Notes: generated from the letters alone by a model not told the origin. Positions 16,835 to 27,883 are shown, counted from the first letter of the stretch. The stretch is DNA of 56,935 bases from Bacteroidota bacterium (GCA_947491825.1 CANLLM010000004.1:1-56935); one strand, 5' to 3'. Translations and numbers: made by a program.

Positions 16835-19267
16835 CTATTTCAATCCTGGCACATATTTCATTAAAATATCTTTTTGTGCTTTGGTATAATTTGCAGCTGT
16901 GAAATAAGCTTGCATATCATTTAAGTTTGTAGTTTTAGTTGCCAAGAAATTAGTTAACTCAGCAGCCGGTCCGGCTAGGCGACTATTGGTATTTACCATG
17001 GCGTCAAACAAATGGGAAATAAGTGAAGGGTTGTAAACACCGCTTGTTTTGATGGATGCAAAAGCATTGTTACGTGTTCTAAATTCCCATTGGTTACTTG
17101 CATAATTAATTAGTGCTTTTATGTGCTCATTAGCATCAATATTATTGCTTACACACAGCTCATGGTATTTAATATTTACACTGTTGTTCATGCCATAAAC
17201 ATCTTTTATTATGGGTAAATATATTTTTACATTTACGGCATCTAGCTTGCAAATTTTTTCGATAGCAGCTTGCACCACATCGTAGCTGTTATCTGTTAAC
17301 GCTTTACTAATTGCACTTATACAAAAAGTATTGTTGCCGTTATAAGCCTTTATAAACGTTAATTTAGCTTGGGGCTCCTTATCGTTAAACACACTCAAAA
17401 GTTGGTAGTTGGTCACTTCATCATTGATCAGTTGTGTTATTACTTCACTTTTCATGGCATGGAATTTTTCATTGCGAAAAACTTCCATTAATAGTTCACG
17501 TTTTGTTTCCACATCAAATTCTTTTAAAGCTACCAATGCATCGAATCTATCTAACATGTTTGGAGCATTAATTACTTGTGCTTTTAACTCGTTGTAACTC
17601 TTTTTAAAGTTAGTGGTTTTCATCACCATGCTGTTTGGATCGAACAACACAAAAGCAATTTCTTTTTTGTTTGGATTGGGAACTTTTACTACTTCAAATT
17701 GCTCCTGAATTATATCTACAACTCGTTCGAAACTTCCATCTGTATAATGGACTTCAAAAGCAATTGGCATTTTAAACAAACCAACAACTTCATCTCGTTG
17801 GTGTGTTTGTTCCACTGCGATTTCGGTATGTCGGCTGCCATCTTTGGCCCATAAATCTTCATAATGTAAGGTGTATTGTGGCTCGCCACCTCGCAATACC
17901 CATTGGTCGAAAAACCAACTCATATCTATACCCAATTTATCTTGAATAGCTTGCTGTAAATCGCTTGTTTCTACATTGCCGTATGCATGTGTTTTTAAAT
18001 AATGATTTAATGCACGTTTCCACTGCTCTTCACCTAAAACATAGCTTAACATACTAATAACATTAGAACCTTTAGGATAAACCCTTGCGGTTCCTGCACC
18101 GGTAAAACGAATGGGGTATTTATCTTTTTTAGTCGCTTCAATAGCTGAGTTTTGCTCGCCCCTACGTTGCCAATTGTATGCATCATCACCAAATAATTTT
18201 TTGGTTAACATTTTGGGATAATAGGTAGCCCAGCTTTCTTGCAACCAAGTATCACGCACATCTCGGGCTGTAATATAATCCCCAAACCACTGGTGGGTAA
18301 GCTCGTGGCAGTTTACACCCACATAGTTTCTATCTAAGTATGCACGTTCATCTACATTAAAAAAATCTCCAAATATGGTTGCTGTGGTATTTTCCATAGC
18401 ACCATATAAAAAGTCTTGCACCATAATTTGCGAGTAACTTTCCCATGGATAATTTACACCCGTTTCTTGCTCTAAAAAGTCAACCATCATTTCGCTGTAG
18501 CGGTAAGTTGGTTCAGCTCTATCGGCATACTCGGGGTAGTAATATAAATTCATAGGAACACCGCGTGTACTTTTGGTTTTTTTGATGTCATATTTACCAA
18601 TACCAAGCATTAACAAATAGCCTGCATGCGGTTTGCTCATGCTATAATGCCAAGTGGTGGTATTGTTTTTATTTGGTGTTTTTTTAATTAATGCTCCGTT
18701 TGATAATACTTCGTATCCATTTTCAAAAGTCACTACCGTTTCCGTAATAAATTTATCATTCATGTCATCATACATGGGTATCCAATAGCGGTTATCTACA
18801 CCTTGTCCTTGGGTCCATATTTGTTTACGAATAGCAAATGGGTTTTTCACCGGATTTTCAGCAATATTCCAGCCAATAAAATAAATACCTTTTCGTGGTG
18901 TGGCTTCGTATTCAAAAGTAATGGTATTGGTTTGATCCCATTGTAATGGTTTGGTTGGTTTAACCCAAACACCTTTATCGGTTGTATTAAACTGTACGTT
19001 TTGTATTCCGATTAATGCCGATTTGATATTGATTCCAGGGGCATCAAAAAATACAGAATCAACCTGTTTTTGTAGCACAATAAAACTATGGGTAACTTTA
19101 CCTATAACTAGGCTTTTTTGTGTATCAAAACTCACTTCTACTTTCATCCTAGTGATGTCTAGGGCATGCTCACGGTAGGTTGTTTGGTCTTTAAAGTAGC
19201 TTCTGTAAGTATTTTGTGCCGAAGCCATTGTACTTAATGATAGGAAGGCAATAAGTAGTTTTTTCAT
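16835..19267 (-). CDS. M1 family zinc aminopeptidase with C-terminal HEAT/ARM-like repeats
   Basis: GAMEN exopeptidase motif, HELTHQW (HEXXH) with downstream WLQES glutamate, YPKG; signal ASA|Q. Confidence 0.92.
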   Translation of the reverse strand: MKKLLIAFLSLSTMASAQNTYRSYFKDQTTYREHALDITRMKVEVSFDTQKSLVIGKVTHSFIVLQKQVDSVFFDAPGINIKSALIGIQNVQFNTTDKGVWVKPTKPLQWDQTNTITFEYEATPRKGIYFIGWNIAENPVKNPFAIRKQIWTQGQGVDNRYWIPMYDDMNDKFITETVVTFENGYEVLSNGALIKKTPNKNNTTTWHYSMSKPHAGYLLMLGIGKYDIKKTKSTRGVPMNLYYYPEYADRAEPTYRYSEMMVDFLEQETGVNYPWESYSQIMVQDFLYGAMENTTATIFGDFFNVDERAYLDRNYVGVNCHELTHQWFGDYITARDVRDTWLQESWATYYPKMLTKKLFGDDAYNWQRRGEQNSAIEATKKDKYPIRFTGAGTARVYPKGSNVISMLSYVLGEEQWKRALNHYLKTHAYGNVETSDLQQAIQDKLGIDMSWFFDQWVLRGGEPQYTLHYEDLWAKDGSRHTEIAVEQTHQRDEVVGLFKMPIAFEVHYTDGSFERVVDIIQEQFEVVKVPNPNKKEIAFVLFDPNSMVMKTTNFKKSYNELKAQVINAPNMLDRFDALVALKEFDVETKRELLMEVFRNEKFHAMKSEVITQLINDEVTNYQLLSVFNDKEPQAKLTFIKAYNGNNTFCISAISKALTDNSYDVVQAAIEKICKLDAVNVKIYLPIIKDVYGMNNSVNIKYHELCVSNNIDANEHIKALINYASNQWEFRTRNNAFASIKTSGVYNPSLISHLFDAMVNTNSRLAGPAAELTNFLATKTTNLNDMQAYFTAANYTKAQKDILMKYVPGLK

Positions 19268-19332
19268 CCTGTTTTATTAATAATGCTTTAGTGCAATATA
19301 ATAATTATGATGAAACAAGAAAGTTGACTAAA

Positions 19333-20628
19333 TTATTCAGAAGTTTTTTCTTCGTCAATAAATGGAATGATTTCCTTTAAGCCTGTGGCTACTTTCATTT
19401 CACCTGTTAAGAAATATTGCAACATTGGTCCAGCCATTACACTTGTTACTACAGCCATGATAACCAAGGCAACAAATAGCGGTGCAGTAATTACTCCTGC
19501 TTGTAATGCCAATAAACCTAATACAATTTCCATAGCTCCACGCGCATTCATGCCAAAACCAACGGCTAAACTTTCGCGTAAAGTTAATCCACCCCATAGT
19601 GCGCCTAAACCTACTCCAAGTAATTTGGTAAATACCGCCAAGAACGTAATTATGACTACCAAACTTAAATCGAAGTTGGCAATAAAATCCACTTTAAATC
19701 CTATGAAAACGAAAAACAATGGGGCAAAAATGTTGGTAATAAATTGATGGATAATGTCTCTTGCCTTTTCAGTAAAGTGGACAGAATCGCCAATGGTAAT
19801 GCCAACAATAAATGCTCCAAATATGGCATGAATTCCAATTTTTTCTGTAAAGGCGGCTCCTAAAAATGCAAGACTTAATGATAAAGCCAATACCCCGCCA
19901 GGCCACGATAAATTTTTGTTTGCCCAGGGCAGTGATTTATTAATAAAAATACGTCCTACTGTTAACATCAAAATTGCATAACCTACTGTTAAACCCAAGG
20001 TATATAAAAAACTGATGGAAGCCCCCCCGGTGTTCATCATACTTAATATAACAGAAAATAGTACCCAGCCCACTATATCATCAAACATTGCTGCGGCTAT
20101 GATGATCATGCCTATTTTAGTTTTAAATAGGTTTAAATCCATTAGGGTACGAGCAATAACAGGTAATGCCGTAATGGCCATAGCGGTAGCAATAAATAAG
20201 CTGAACACGGTTTTATCGTTTTGAACGATGTTGTTTTGGTTTAAATAATCAAACAAAAAAGTACCAGCAAAGTATCCTAGGGTAAGGGTAGTTATTAATC
20301 CTATAAAACTAGTTTTAAGGGCTGTTTTCCCTTGTTGCCTAATTACAGAGAACTCCACTTCCATGCCTGCTGCAAAAAGTAATAAAACGACAGAAATGGT
20401 GGAAATACCATTCATAACCAAACCTACATTCCCCGTTGTGGTAAATATGTTTTGCGTAAGTGATGGATAAAACTTACCTAACAATGTAGGGCCTAAAAGT
20501 ATACCTGCCAACAACTCGCCTACAACAAGAGGCATTCTAAGTTTGCGAAAAAATTCACCAAAAATTCTCCCCAGCAAAAGCATCATGCTTATTGCCATTA
20601 ACAAATTTATTATTTCAGTTTGGGTCAT
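19333..20628 (-). CDS. Cation:proton antiporter (CPA2/Na+_H+ exchanger family)
   Basis: About 12-13 TM segments; PLVVGELLAGILLGP, LLLFAAGME, TALPVIARTL, AAMFDD, GMNARGAME. Confidence 0.9.
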   Translation of the reverse strand: MTQTEIINLLMAISMMLLLGRIFGEFFRKLRMPLVVGELLAGILLGPTLLGKFYPSLTQNIFTTTGNVGLVMNGISTISVVLLLFAAGMEVEFSVIRQQGKTALKTSFIGLITTLTLGYFAGTFLFDYLNQNNIVQNDKTVFSLFIATAMAITALPVIARTLMDLNLFKTKIGMIIIAAAMFDDIVGWVLFSVILSMMNTGGASISFLYTLGLTVGYAILMLTVGRIFINKSLPWANKNLSWPGGVLALSLSLAFLGAAFTEKIGIHAIFGAFIVGITIGDSVHFTEKARDIIHQFITNIFAPLFFVFIGFKVDFIANFDLSLVVIITFLAVFTKLLGVGLGALWGGLTLRESLAVGFGMNARGAMEIVLGLLALQAGVITAPLFVALVIMAVVTSVMAGPMLQYFLTGEMKVATGLKEIIPFIDEEKTSE

Positions 20629-20636
20629 TAGAGGAA

Positions 20637-21518
20637 TTAATTTTCTAATTCAAATTTACTGCTGTGTACAATCAATAAATCGCATGGTAAATCAGCTAGT
20701 GCAAATTCTATATCATGAGGAAATACGCGATCAATAATATTCAATTTTGTATCTGGTGAGTTAAGTACCAATAAATCGGCATGGTGTTCTCGCGCAAATT
20801 TGGTTATCACATAACCCGGCTTTCCTTCAAGGCGTTCGGTGGTCACTTGTAAAGTGCCACAATCTGTACATGCCAATATTTCATTTAGTCGGGTTACCTC
20901 TTCACTTACAACTTGTTCTTTGCGCGTCTCACTCTCATTGCTGTTTATTGATTCGCTTCTTATCAATGCCATTTTACCTGCATCTTCTTCTTGTATCACA
21001 TACACATGTTCGGCATGGGTTGCTTTGGCAACATATATTGCTGTTTCTATGGTGGTTTCAGTTTTGGGGTGATCACTGCCTTCCACTACTATGTGTTTAA
21101 TAGGTTTTGATATAATATCAGGTTCACGTAACATCAATACGCTGCACTTGGCCTTACGGCACAAGTTTCGGGCTATTCCTCCTAAAATATATTTTAAAAC
21201 ATTTTCTTTAACTAGCGCTCCAGCTACAATTAAGTCGGCATTTTCACTTTCGCTTATGGCAATAATTTGATCAACCGGATCGCCTTGTTCCCAAATCAAT
21301 TTATTGTTTGGTCCGTCTAACTCAAACCTGTGTAATAAGTGTTTCAGGTATTGCTCTTGTTGTAAGCTTTTTTCTCCAATGTGGATGAATATTAAATCGC
21401 CACCAAATAGTTGTTGTAATCTGTACGATTCGGCTAAAACCGCTTCAATCCTTGGAGTAAAACCAATTGCTACTGCAATTTTTTTAAACGGAAATGGGGA
21501 TTTTTTTTCCTGTATCAT
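20637..21518 (-). CDS. Tandem universal stress protein (two USP domains)
   Basis: KKIAVAIGF, GDPVDQII...ADLIVAG...GGIARNLCRKAKCSVLML; second domain GKPGYVI...ADLLVL...PCDLLIV. Confidence 0.85.
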   Translation of the reverse strand: MIQEKKSPFPFKKIAVAIGFTPRIEAVLAESYRLQQLFGGDLIFIHIGEKSLQQEQYLKHLLHRFELDGPNNKLIWEQGDPVDQIIAISESENADLIVAGALVKENVLKYILGGIARNLCRKAKCSVLMLREPDIISKPIKHIVVEGSDHPKTETTIETAIYVAKATHAEHVYVIQEEDAGKMALIRSESINSNESETRKEQVVSEEVTRLNEILACTDCGTLQVTTERLEGKPGYVITKFAREHHADLLVLNSPDTKLNIIDRVFPHDIEFALADLPCDLLIVHSSKFELEN

Positions 21519-21754
21519 GTTAGCGAATATAGTTAAAGTGTATCATAACGTTGTTAAATATAGACTATTACTAAATGCATAATAACGCCAATTGGAAAAA
21601 GCAGTTTTAATAAGATTTAATTTATTCAATTAACCTGCACTAGAATAGTAAGTTATCTTTTGTGCGTTATTTGTTGGTAGTTTTCACACACTTTTTTTTC
21701 AACCCCAATCAATTAGTATTTTAATGCCTTAATGTGTAAACTTGCGCCTCAATC

Positions 21755-23806
21755 ATGGTAAAAAAAGACATACTTTTAGAAGCCTACATGCACATGTGCG
21801 AAGCACGTGCTATGGCCGATATTTATGACGTTAACCGACCTATTTGCAAATACGTACACTCTACTTCATGCGGGCATGAAGCCATTCAGCTTGCTGTAGG
21901 CATGCAATTAAAACCATATGACTATTGTTCTCCTTATTATAGAGACGAATCTATGTTGCTTGGCATGGGGTTAAGTCCTTACGAGTTAATGTTACAATTG
22001 CTAGGTAAGGCCGAAGATCCTTTTTCGGGTGGAAGAACTTATTACGCACATCCAAGTTTAAATCGCGATGACTTTCCTAAAATACCACATCAAAGTAGTG
22101 CTACTGGTATGCAAGCTATTCCGGCTACAGGTATGGCGCATGGTATTGCCTATAAAGAAAGTCAGCGATTAAATAAAAAAGGTGAATACCCAGTTGTAGT
22201 ATGCAGTTTTGGCGATGGCTCCGTTACGGAGGGTGAAGTTGCTGAGGCATTTCAAATGGCTGTGCTCAAACAGTTGCCTATTATTTATTTGGTACAGGAT
22301 AACGATTGGGGAATTAGTGCGAGTGGTGAGGAAATGCGTGCCATGGATGCTTACGAGTATGCAGCAGGTTTTAAAGGCCTGAAGCGTATGCGTTTAAATG
22401 GCAGCGATTTTGTAGAAAGTTATAAAGGTTTTGCCGAAGCAATAGATTATGTGCGCAACAACCGTAAGCCAATTTTGGTTCATGCAAAAGTGCCATTGTT
22501 GGGTCACCATACCAGTGGTGTGCGTAAAGAGTGGTATAGAACAGATGATGATTTAGCCATACATGGTAAAGATGATCCTCAACCTAAATTGAAGCAGTTA
22601 TTGCTCGAAATTGGGGTGCCGGAAGTAGAGTTAACCGAGATAGAAAAAGATGCTACCTATAAAGTAGAACAACACTTTAAACAAGCAATAGAAAGCGAAG
22701 ATCCAGATCCTGCTACTGTTGAAGACCATATTTTTGCACCAAGTGGAGCTACCGAAGAAGTGGGCAATCGTACACCCGAAGGTAAGGAGCCAAGCGTAAT
22801 GGTGGATGCTGCTTTACATGCGGTAGATGAGTTAATGACCAAACATCCCGAGTGTATGTTTTACGGACAAGATGTGGGCGCTAGACTAGGTGGAGTATTC
22901 AGAGAAGCTGCAACTTTAGCAGGCAAATATGGTAACGATCGTGTGTTTAATACACCCATTCAAGAAGCCTATATTATTGGTTCAACAGTTGGTATGAGTG
23001 CTGTTGGTGTGAAACCAATTGTAGAAATTCAGTTTGCCGATTATGTGTGGACAGGTGTAAATCAGTTGGTTTGTGAAATCACCAAGTCATCTTACCTAAC
23101 CATGGGTAAGTATCCTGTAAGTGCTATTATACGTATTCCAATTGGGGCTTATGGTGGGGGTGGTCCTTATCATAGTGGAAGTATCGAGTCAACTTTGCTT
23201 ACCCTTAAAGGAATAAAAATTGCATACCCGAGTAATGCTGCCGATATGAAAGGTTTGATGAAAGCCGCTTATTATGATGGCAACCCTGTAATTATGTTAG
23301 AGCATAAAGGGTTGTATTGGAGTAAAAATCCGGGTACAGAGTTGGCGCGTTGTGTGGAGCCTGATGAAGATTACATTTTACCATTAGGAAAAGCAAATAC
23401 GGTTTTACAAGCGAGTGATGAAGCCATGGAGAATGGTGAAAGTTGCTGCATCATAACCTGGGGTATGGGCGTATATTGGAGTTTGGCTGCAGCTAAACGT
23501 TTTGAGGGCAGGGTAGAAGTAGTTGATTTGCGCACGCTTCAGCCTTTGGATGAAGAATACATACAAGCCGCAGTTAAACGCCATGGTAAATGTTTAATTG
23601 TTACTGAGGAGGCATTGTTAAATTCGTTTGCTGAAAGTTTGGCCGGAAGGATTTCGCAAGATTGTTTTAAATATTTAGATGCACCTGTGTTTACCATTGG
23701 TGCTAAAAATATTCCGGCAGTGCCTTTAAATATGGGATTAGAAGCAGAGATGCTACCTAATGCTGATAAAGTAGCTCTTAAACTTGAGGCGTTGTTAAAC
23801 TATTAA
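21755..23806 (+). CDS. 2-oxoacid (probably branched-chain) dehydrogenase E1, fused alpha+beta subunits
   Basis: TPP motif GDGSVTEG...QDNDW, LLGHHTSG, beta part FYGQDV...GGVFR...FNTPIQE...VEIQFADY, EVVDLRTL. Confidence 0.9.
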   Translation: MVKKDILLEAYMHMCEARAMADIYDVNRPICKYVHSTSCGHEAIQLAVGMQLKPYDYCSPYYRDESMLLGMGLSPYELMLQLLGKAEDPFSGGRTYYAHPSLNRDDFPKIPHQSSATGMQAIPATGMAHGIAYKESQRLNKKGEYPVVVCSFGDGSVTEGEVAEAFQMAVLKQLPIIYLVQDNDWGISASGEEMRAMDAYEYAAGFKGLKRMRLNGSDFVESYKGFAEAIDYVRNNRKPILVHAKVPLLGHHTSGVRKEWYRTDDDLAIHGKDDPQPKLKQLLLEIGVPEVELTEIEKDATYKVEQHFKQAIESEDPDPATVEDHIFAPSGATEEVGNRTPEGKEPSVMVDAALHAVDELMTKHPECMFYGQDVGARLGGVFREAATLAGKYGNDRVFNTPIQEAYIIGSTVGMSAVGVKPIVEIQFADYVWTGVNQLVCEITKSSYLTMGKYPVSAIIRIPIGAYGGGGPYHSGSIESTLLTLKGIKIAYPSNAADMKGLMKAAYYDGNPVIMLEHKGLYWSKNPGTELARCVEPDEDYILPLGKANTVLQASDEAMENGESCCIITWGMGVYWSLAAAKRFEGRVEVVDLRTLQPLDEEYIQAAVKRHGKCLIVTEEALLNSFAESLAGRISQDCFKYLDAPVFTIGAKNIPAVPLNMGLEAEMLPNADKVALKLEALLNY

Positions 23807-23825
23807 TCGAAATGGAGATATAAAT

Positions 23826-23862
23826 AAAATCCCCGAATGATTTTTTCAGTCGGGGATTTTTT
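23826..23862. terminator. Bidirectional terminator between the convergent E1 and hutH genes
   Basis: AAAATCCCCGA (23826-23836) / TCGGGGATTTT (23850-23860). Confidence 0.8.
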
Positions 23863-23881
23863 ATGATCATGATTTGATAAG

Positions 23882-25369
23882 TTATAGTTGTTTGATGAAA
23901 TGAACAGAAGCTTCAATATCCATATACAAAGCCCTATCAACGGTATTGTATGTTACTACTTTTCTGTATTCAGCTACAAGTTGTTCAACCGCATTTGATG
24001 ATTTAGCGGGTCTGCGGAATTCCAGTGCTTGTGCTGCATTTAATAATTCAATAGCCAACACACGTTGTGTATTCTCAACCACTTTATAACACTTCGTGGC
24101 AGCATTTGCACCCATGCTCACATGGTCTTCTTGACCGTTGCTACTTACAATGCTATCAACACTTGCAGGGGTACACAATTGTTTACTTTGGCTTACAATA
24201 CTTGCCGCGGTGTATTGCGGAATCATCATTCCTGAGTTTAACCCTGGGTTAGGAGTTAAAAATGCAGGTAAATTACGTAAGCCCGATATTAATTGATAAG
24301 TTCTTCGCTCGCTGATACTGCCCAGTTCGGCAATTGCTATGGCTAAAAAATCCAGTACCAAAGCCAATGGTTGTCCGTGAAAATTACCGCCTGATAAAAT
24401 TAAATCATCATCAACAAAAATATTTGGGTTATCTGTTACCGAATTCATCTCGGTTTCAATAACAGATGCTACGTATTGAAAGGTGTCGAAACTGGCACCA
24501 TGTACTTGCGGTATACAACGGAATGCATATGGATCTTGCACCTGTACTTTTGGTTGTGAAATGATTTCGCTACCTGATAATAAGTTTCTGATTTGTTTTG
24601 CCGTTTCTATTTGCCCCTTATGTGCACGTACATCATGAAGTTGGGTAGAAAAAGGTTCTAACTTTGCATCAAATGCATCAATAGAAATAGCGGCTACTTG
24701 ATTGGCATTGGTGTAAAGTTGTTGTGCACTTATAATATTATGCACTGCATAAGCCAACATAAATTGTGTGCCATTAATTAACGCCAAACCTTCTTTAGAT
24801 TGTAGTTCTATTGGTTTTATTTGGTGATGGTTTAACACATCAATACTGGCAATCGCCTTCCAGTTTCCATCTGTGTTTTTCCAAACTTCTCCCTTGCCCA
24901 ATAAGGGTAAACATAAATGGGCTAGGGGTGCTAAATCGCCACTAGCCCCTAACGAACCTTGCTGGTATACAACAGGTAAAATATCATTATTAAAAAATTC
25001 AATTAAGCGCTCCACGGTTAACAATTGTACCCCGCTGTGGCCATAACTTAACGACTGAATTTTTAATAGCAACATTAACTTTACCACTTCCTTAGGAACA
25101 AAATCACCTGTTCCACAAGCATGTGAAAGCAATAAATTCTCTTGTAGTTGGGTTAATTCACCATGCGAAATTTGCGTATTGCACAATGATCCAAACCCTG
25201 TATTGATACCATAAAATACCGCATCCTTGTTGCTCATTTTCTCATCTAAATAAGCCCTGCATTTCTGTATGCGGTTGGCTGCTTCGGGTGATAAAACGAG
25301 TTGTTTATTGTCTTTTAAAATACTTTGTATATCAGCTAAAGTAAGTTGTGTGGTAATGTAATAATGCAT
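23882..25369 (-). CDS. hutH: Histidine ammonia-lyase
   Basis: YGINTGFG, GASGDLAPL (MIO-forming ASG), KEGLALING, QDPYAFRC, GGNFHGQP, NGQEDHVSMG. Confidence 0.95.
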   Translation of the reverse strand: MHYYITTQLTLADIQSILKDNKQLVLSPEAANRIQKCRAYLDEKMSNKDAVFYGINTGFGSLCNTQISHGELTQLQENLLLSHACGTGDFVPKEVVKLMLLLKIQSLSYGHSGVQLLTVERLIEFFNNDILPVVYQQGSLGASGDLAPLAHLCLPLLGKGEVWKNTDGNWKAIASIDVLNHHQIKPIELQSKEGLALINGTQFMLAYAVHNIISAQQLYTNANQVAAISIDAFDAKLEPFSTQLHDVRAHKGQIETAKQIRNLLSGSEIISQPKVQVQDPYAFRCIPQVHGASFDTFQYVASVIETEMNSVTDNPNIFVDDDLILSGGNFHGQPLALVLDFLAIAIAELGSISERRTYQLISGLRNLPAFLTPNPGLNSGMMIPQYTAASIVSQSKQLCTPASVDSIVSSNGQEDHVSMGANAATKCYKVVENTQRVLAIELLNAAQALEFRRPAKSSNAVEQLVAEYRKVVTYNTVDRALYMDIEASVHFIKQL

Positions 25370-25383
25370 GTTGCTTGGGGTAA

Positions 25384-26631
25384 TTATGCTAAAGCTAAAA
25401 TTGTTTTTTCTATGATGTCACAAGCCTCGTTAATTTGCTTTTCGTTAATGGTTAATGGTGGCGCAAATCGAATAATATTTCCATGAGTTTGTTTGGCCAA
25501 TAAACCATTTTCTTTCATGGCTAAGCAAACATTATATGCGGTTTTACCGTAACCTAATGGTTTTATTACAATCGCGTTTAATAAGCCTTTGCCCCTTACC
25601 AATTCAACCAAATTGGTTTTGGTTTGAAGTTGTTTCATTCGGCTGCGGAAAATTTCGCCCATATTAAATGCGTTCTCCGCTAAATTTTCGTCAACCAAAA
25701 CTTTTAAAGCCTCCATAGCAACGGCACAAGCCAGTGGATTTCCACCATATGTACTTCCATGTTCTCCAGGTTTTATGGTAAGCATTACCTCGTTATTAGC
25801 CAATACAGCCGATACGGGTAATACACCACCCGAAAGGGCTTTACCTAATACCAATACATCCGGCTTCACACCTGCATAATCGCAAGCCAACATCTTACCT
25901 GTGCGGCACAACCCAGTTTGTACTTCATCTGCAATCATCAATACGTTGTACTTATCACACAAAGCCCTTATACCTGATATGTATCCATCATCAGGAACTA
26001 CAACACCTGCTTCACCTTGTATAGGCTCAAACATAAAAGCTGCAATATTTGGATTCGAATGAAACGCAGTTTCTAAAGCTGTTAAATCGTTGTAAGGTAT
26101 CAAACTAAATCCCGGCATAAACGGACCAAAGTTTAAAAAACTACTCGGGTCGTTGCTTGATGAAATGGCGGCCATGGTGCGGCCCCAGAAGTTGCCTTCT
26201 GCAAATAAAATATGTGCTTGGTTCTCTGCAATTCCTTTTACGGCATAACCCCAGCGTCTGGCCAGTTTTATAGCCGTTTCACCGCCTTCAACACCTGTAT
26301 TCATTGGTAATACTTTGTCGTAACCAAAGTAATGGGTCATGTATTTTTCGTACTCGCCCAATAAGTTGTTATGAAAAGCGCGGCTGGTTAATGTTAATTT
26401 TTGTGCTTGTTCTGTTAACGCTTTGGTTATTCGCGGGTGACAATGACCTTGGTTTACTGCACTGTATGCCGAAAGAAAATCGAAATATTGTTTACCATTT
26501 ACATCATACATGTATATTCCTTCACCTCTTTCAATCACTACAGGAAGTGGGTGGTAATTATGCGCTCCGTATTGATCTTCTAAATCAATATAATACTGTT
26601 CGTTATTAATCTTCTCATTAACCGTATTCAT
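25384..26631 (-). CDS. rocD: Ornithine--oxo-acid aminotransferase
   Basis: [61 protein letters not shown]. Confidence 0.95.
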   Translation of the reverse strand: MNTVNEKINNEQYYIDLEDQYGAHNYHPLPVVIERGEGIYMYDVNGKQYFDFLSAYSAVNQGHCHPRITKALTEQAQKLTLTSRAFHNNLLGEYEKYMTHYFGYDKVLPMNTGVEGGETAIKLARRWGYAVKGIAENQAHILFAEGNFWGRTMAAISSSNDPSSFLNFGPFMPGFSLIPYNDLTALETAFHSNPNIAAFMFEPIQGEAGVVVPDDGYISGIRALCDKYNVLMIADEVQTGLCRTGKMLACDYAGVKPDVLVLGKALSGGVLPVSAVLANNEVMLTIKPGEHGSTYGGNPLACAVAMEALKVLVDENLAENAFNMGEIFRSRMKQLQTKTNLVELVRGKGLLNAIVIKPLGYGKTAYNVCLAMKENGLLAKQTHGNIIRFAPPLTINEKQINEACDIIEKTILALA

Positions 26632-26708
26632 GCTTCAAAAATAGGCCAATTAAGCCGCATTTAAAAACCTTGTATTGGACATACTTAATTGGTCATTTTT
26701 ATAAAATA

Positions 26709-26744
26709 AAAAGACTTGATAAACCGAGGCTTATCAAGTCTTTT
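26709..26744 (-). terminator. Intrinsic terminator after the OmpA/MotB gene
   Basis: Perfect 14-bp arms AAAAGACTTGATAA / TTATCAAGTCTTTT. Confidence 0.8.
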
Positions 26745-26768
26745 ATGTTGAAGTGAATCTAAGGTAAA

Positions 26769-27725
26769 TTACCTTCTGTTCTTTTCAATTAACTTATACA
26801 ATTCATCCAATTTTGGAGAAAGAATAATTTCTGTTCTGCGGTTTTTAGCTCTTCCTTCAACTGTTTCGTTGCTTGCTTTAGGATAAAACTCTGCTCTACC
26901 TGCGGCTTCTAATCGCTTAGGATTTACGCCATGTTCGTTGCTTAATAACCTAACAATGCTTAAAGCCCTATCAGCACTTAATGCCCAATTATCTTCGTAT
27001 TTAGCCGTTTTAATTGGAATGTTATCCGTGTGTCCTTCAATTAATACGTCAATATCAGTATTTTTATTCAGTACATCGGCCAACGTTTTAATCGCATCTA
27101 AACCCTTTTCTTCAATAGCTGCACTACCGGATTTAAACAATAATTTATCACTTAACGATACATACACCTTACCGTTCTTCATTTCTACACTAATCTCATC
27201 AGATTTAAAGGCTAACAAGGCGCGTTTAACGGTGTTGTTCAACGCATTTAACAATGAATCTTGTTTATTAATAATCGCTTGTAATTCTGCTAAACGTTTT
27301 TCTCTGGCTTCTAATTCTTCGGCCTTAATTTTAAGCGCGTTGTTAAAACGTTCAGCATCGTTTAAGCTTTTCTTCATAAGCTCATTATACTTTGCATTTA
27401 GTTCAGCATACTGCGCTTTAAGATCGTTGTTTTTTGATGTACAATCGTTGTATTTAGATGTTAATGCTTTGTATAATGAATCTAGGTAACGATACTCCAC
27501 ACCACGTTGGGTTGTATCTTTATTAAAAGCTACTGTTAAATCGTTAAGTGAATCGCGCTGGTTTAACGATTTTTTTAAGCGTTTTGATGTAAAGAAATTA
27601 TATGATTTTTCTTTAAACGTCTTTGGTTCTTCGTAAATAGATTTAGGGTCTTCTATTTGGCCGAAAACGTTTTTACTAAACAAGATAGCCGATATAGCTA
27701 AGGCTGTTATGATTATTTTCTTCAT
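26769..27725 (-). CDS. OmpA/MotB C-terminal (peptidoglycan-binding) protein with a coiled-coil stalk
   Basis: GKVYVSLSDKLLFKSGS, IEGHTDN, NWALSADRA, NRRTEIIL; heptad-rich middle region. Confidence 0.88.
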   Translation of the reverse strand: MKKIIITALAISAILFSKNVFGQIEDPKSIYEEPKTFKEKSYNFFTSKRLKKSLNQRDSLNDLTVAFNKDTTQRGVEYRYLDSLYKALTSKYNDCTSKNNDLKAQYAELNAKYNELMKKSLNDAERFNNALKIKAEELEAREKRLAELQAIINKQDSLLNALNNTVKRALLAFKSDEISVEMKNGKVYVSLSDKLLFKSGSAAIEEKGLDAIKTLADVLNKNTDIDVLIEGHTDNIPIKTAKYEDNWALSADRALSIVRLLSNEHGVNPKRLEAAGRAEFYPKASNETVEGRAKNRRTEIILSPKLDELYKLIEKNRR

Positions 27726-27830
27726 GCTTGCACTTTAAGTTTAAAATACAAAATTCAACTAAATATTGGGATTAGCATATGTGAGTTATTCGCAAATAAA
27801 CGCTGTTGTATAGCATAGTGAACAAAAACA

Positions 27831-27857
27831 AAAAGCCCCGCAAATAGCGGGACTTTT
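27831..27857 (-). terminator. Intrinsic terminator after secDF
   Basis: AAAAGcCCCGC-aaata-GCGGGaCTTTT. Confidence 0.7.
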
Positions 27858-27883
27858 AAATAACATTATTGTGCGGCTAGCAA

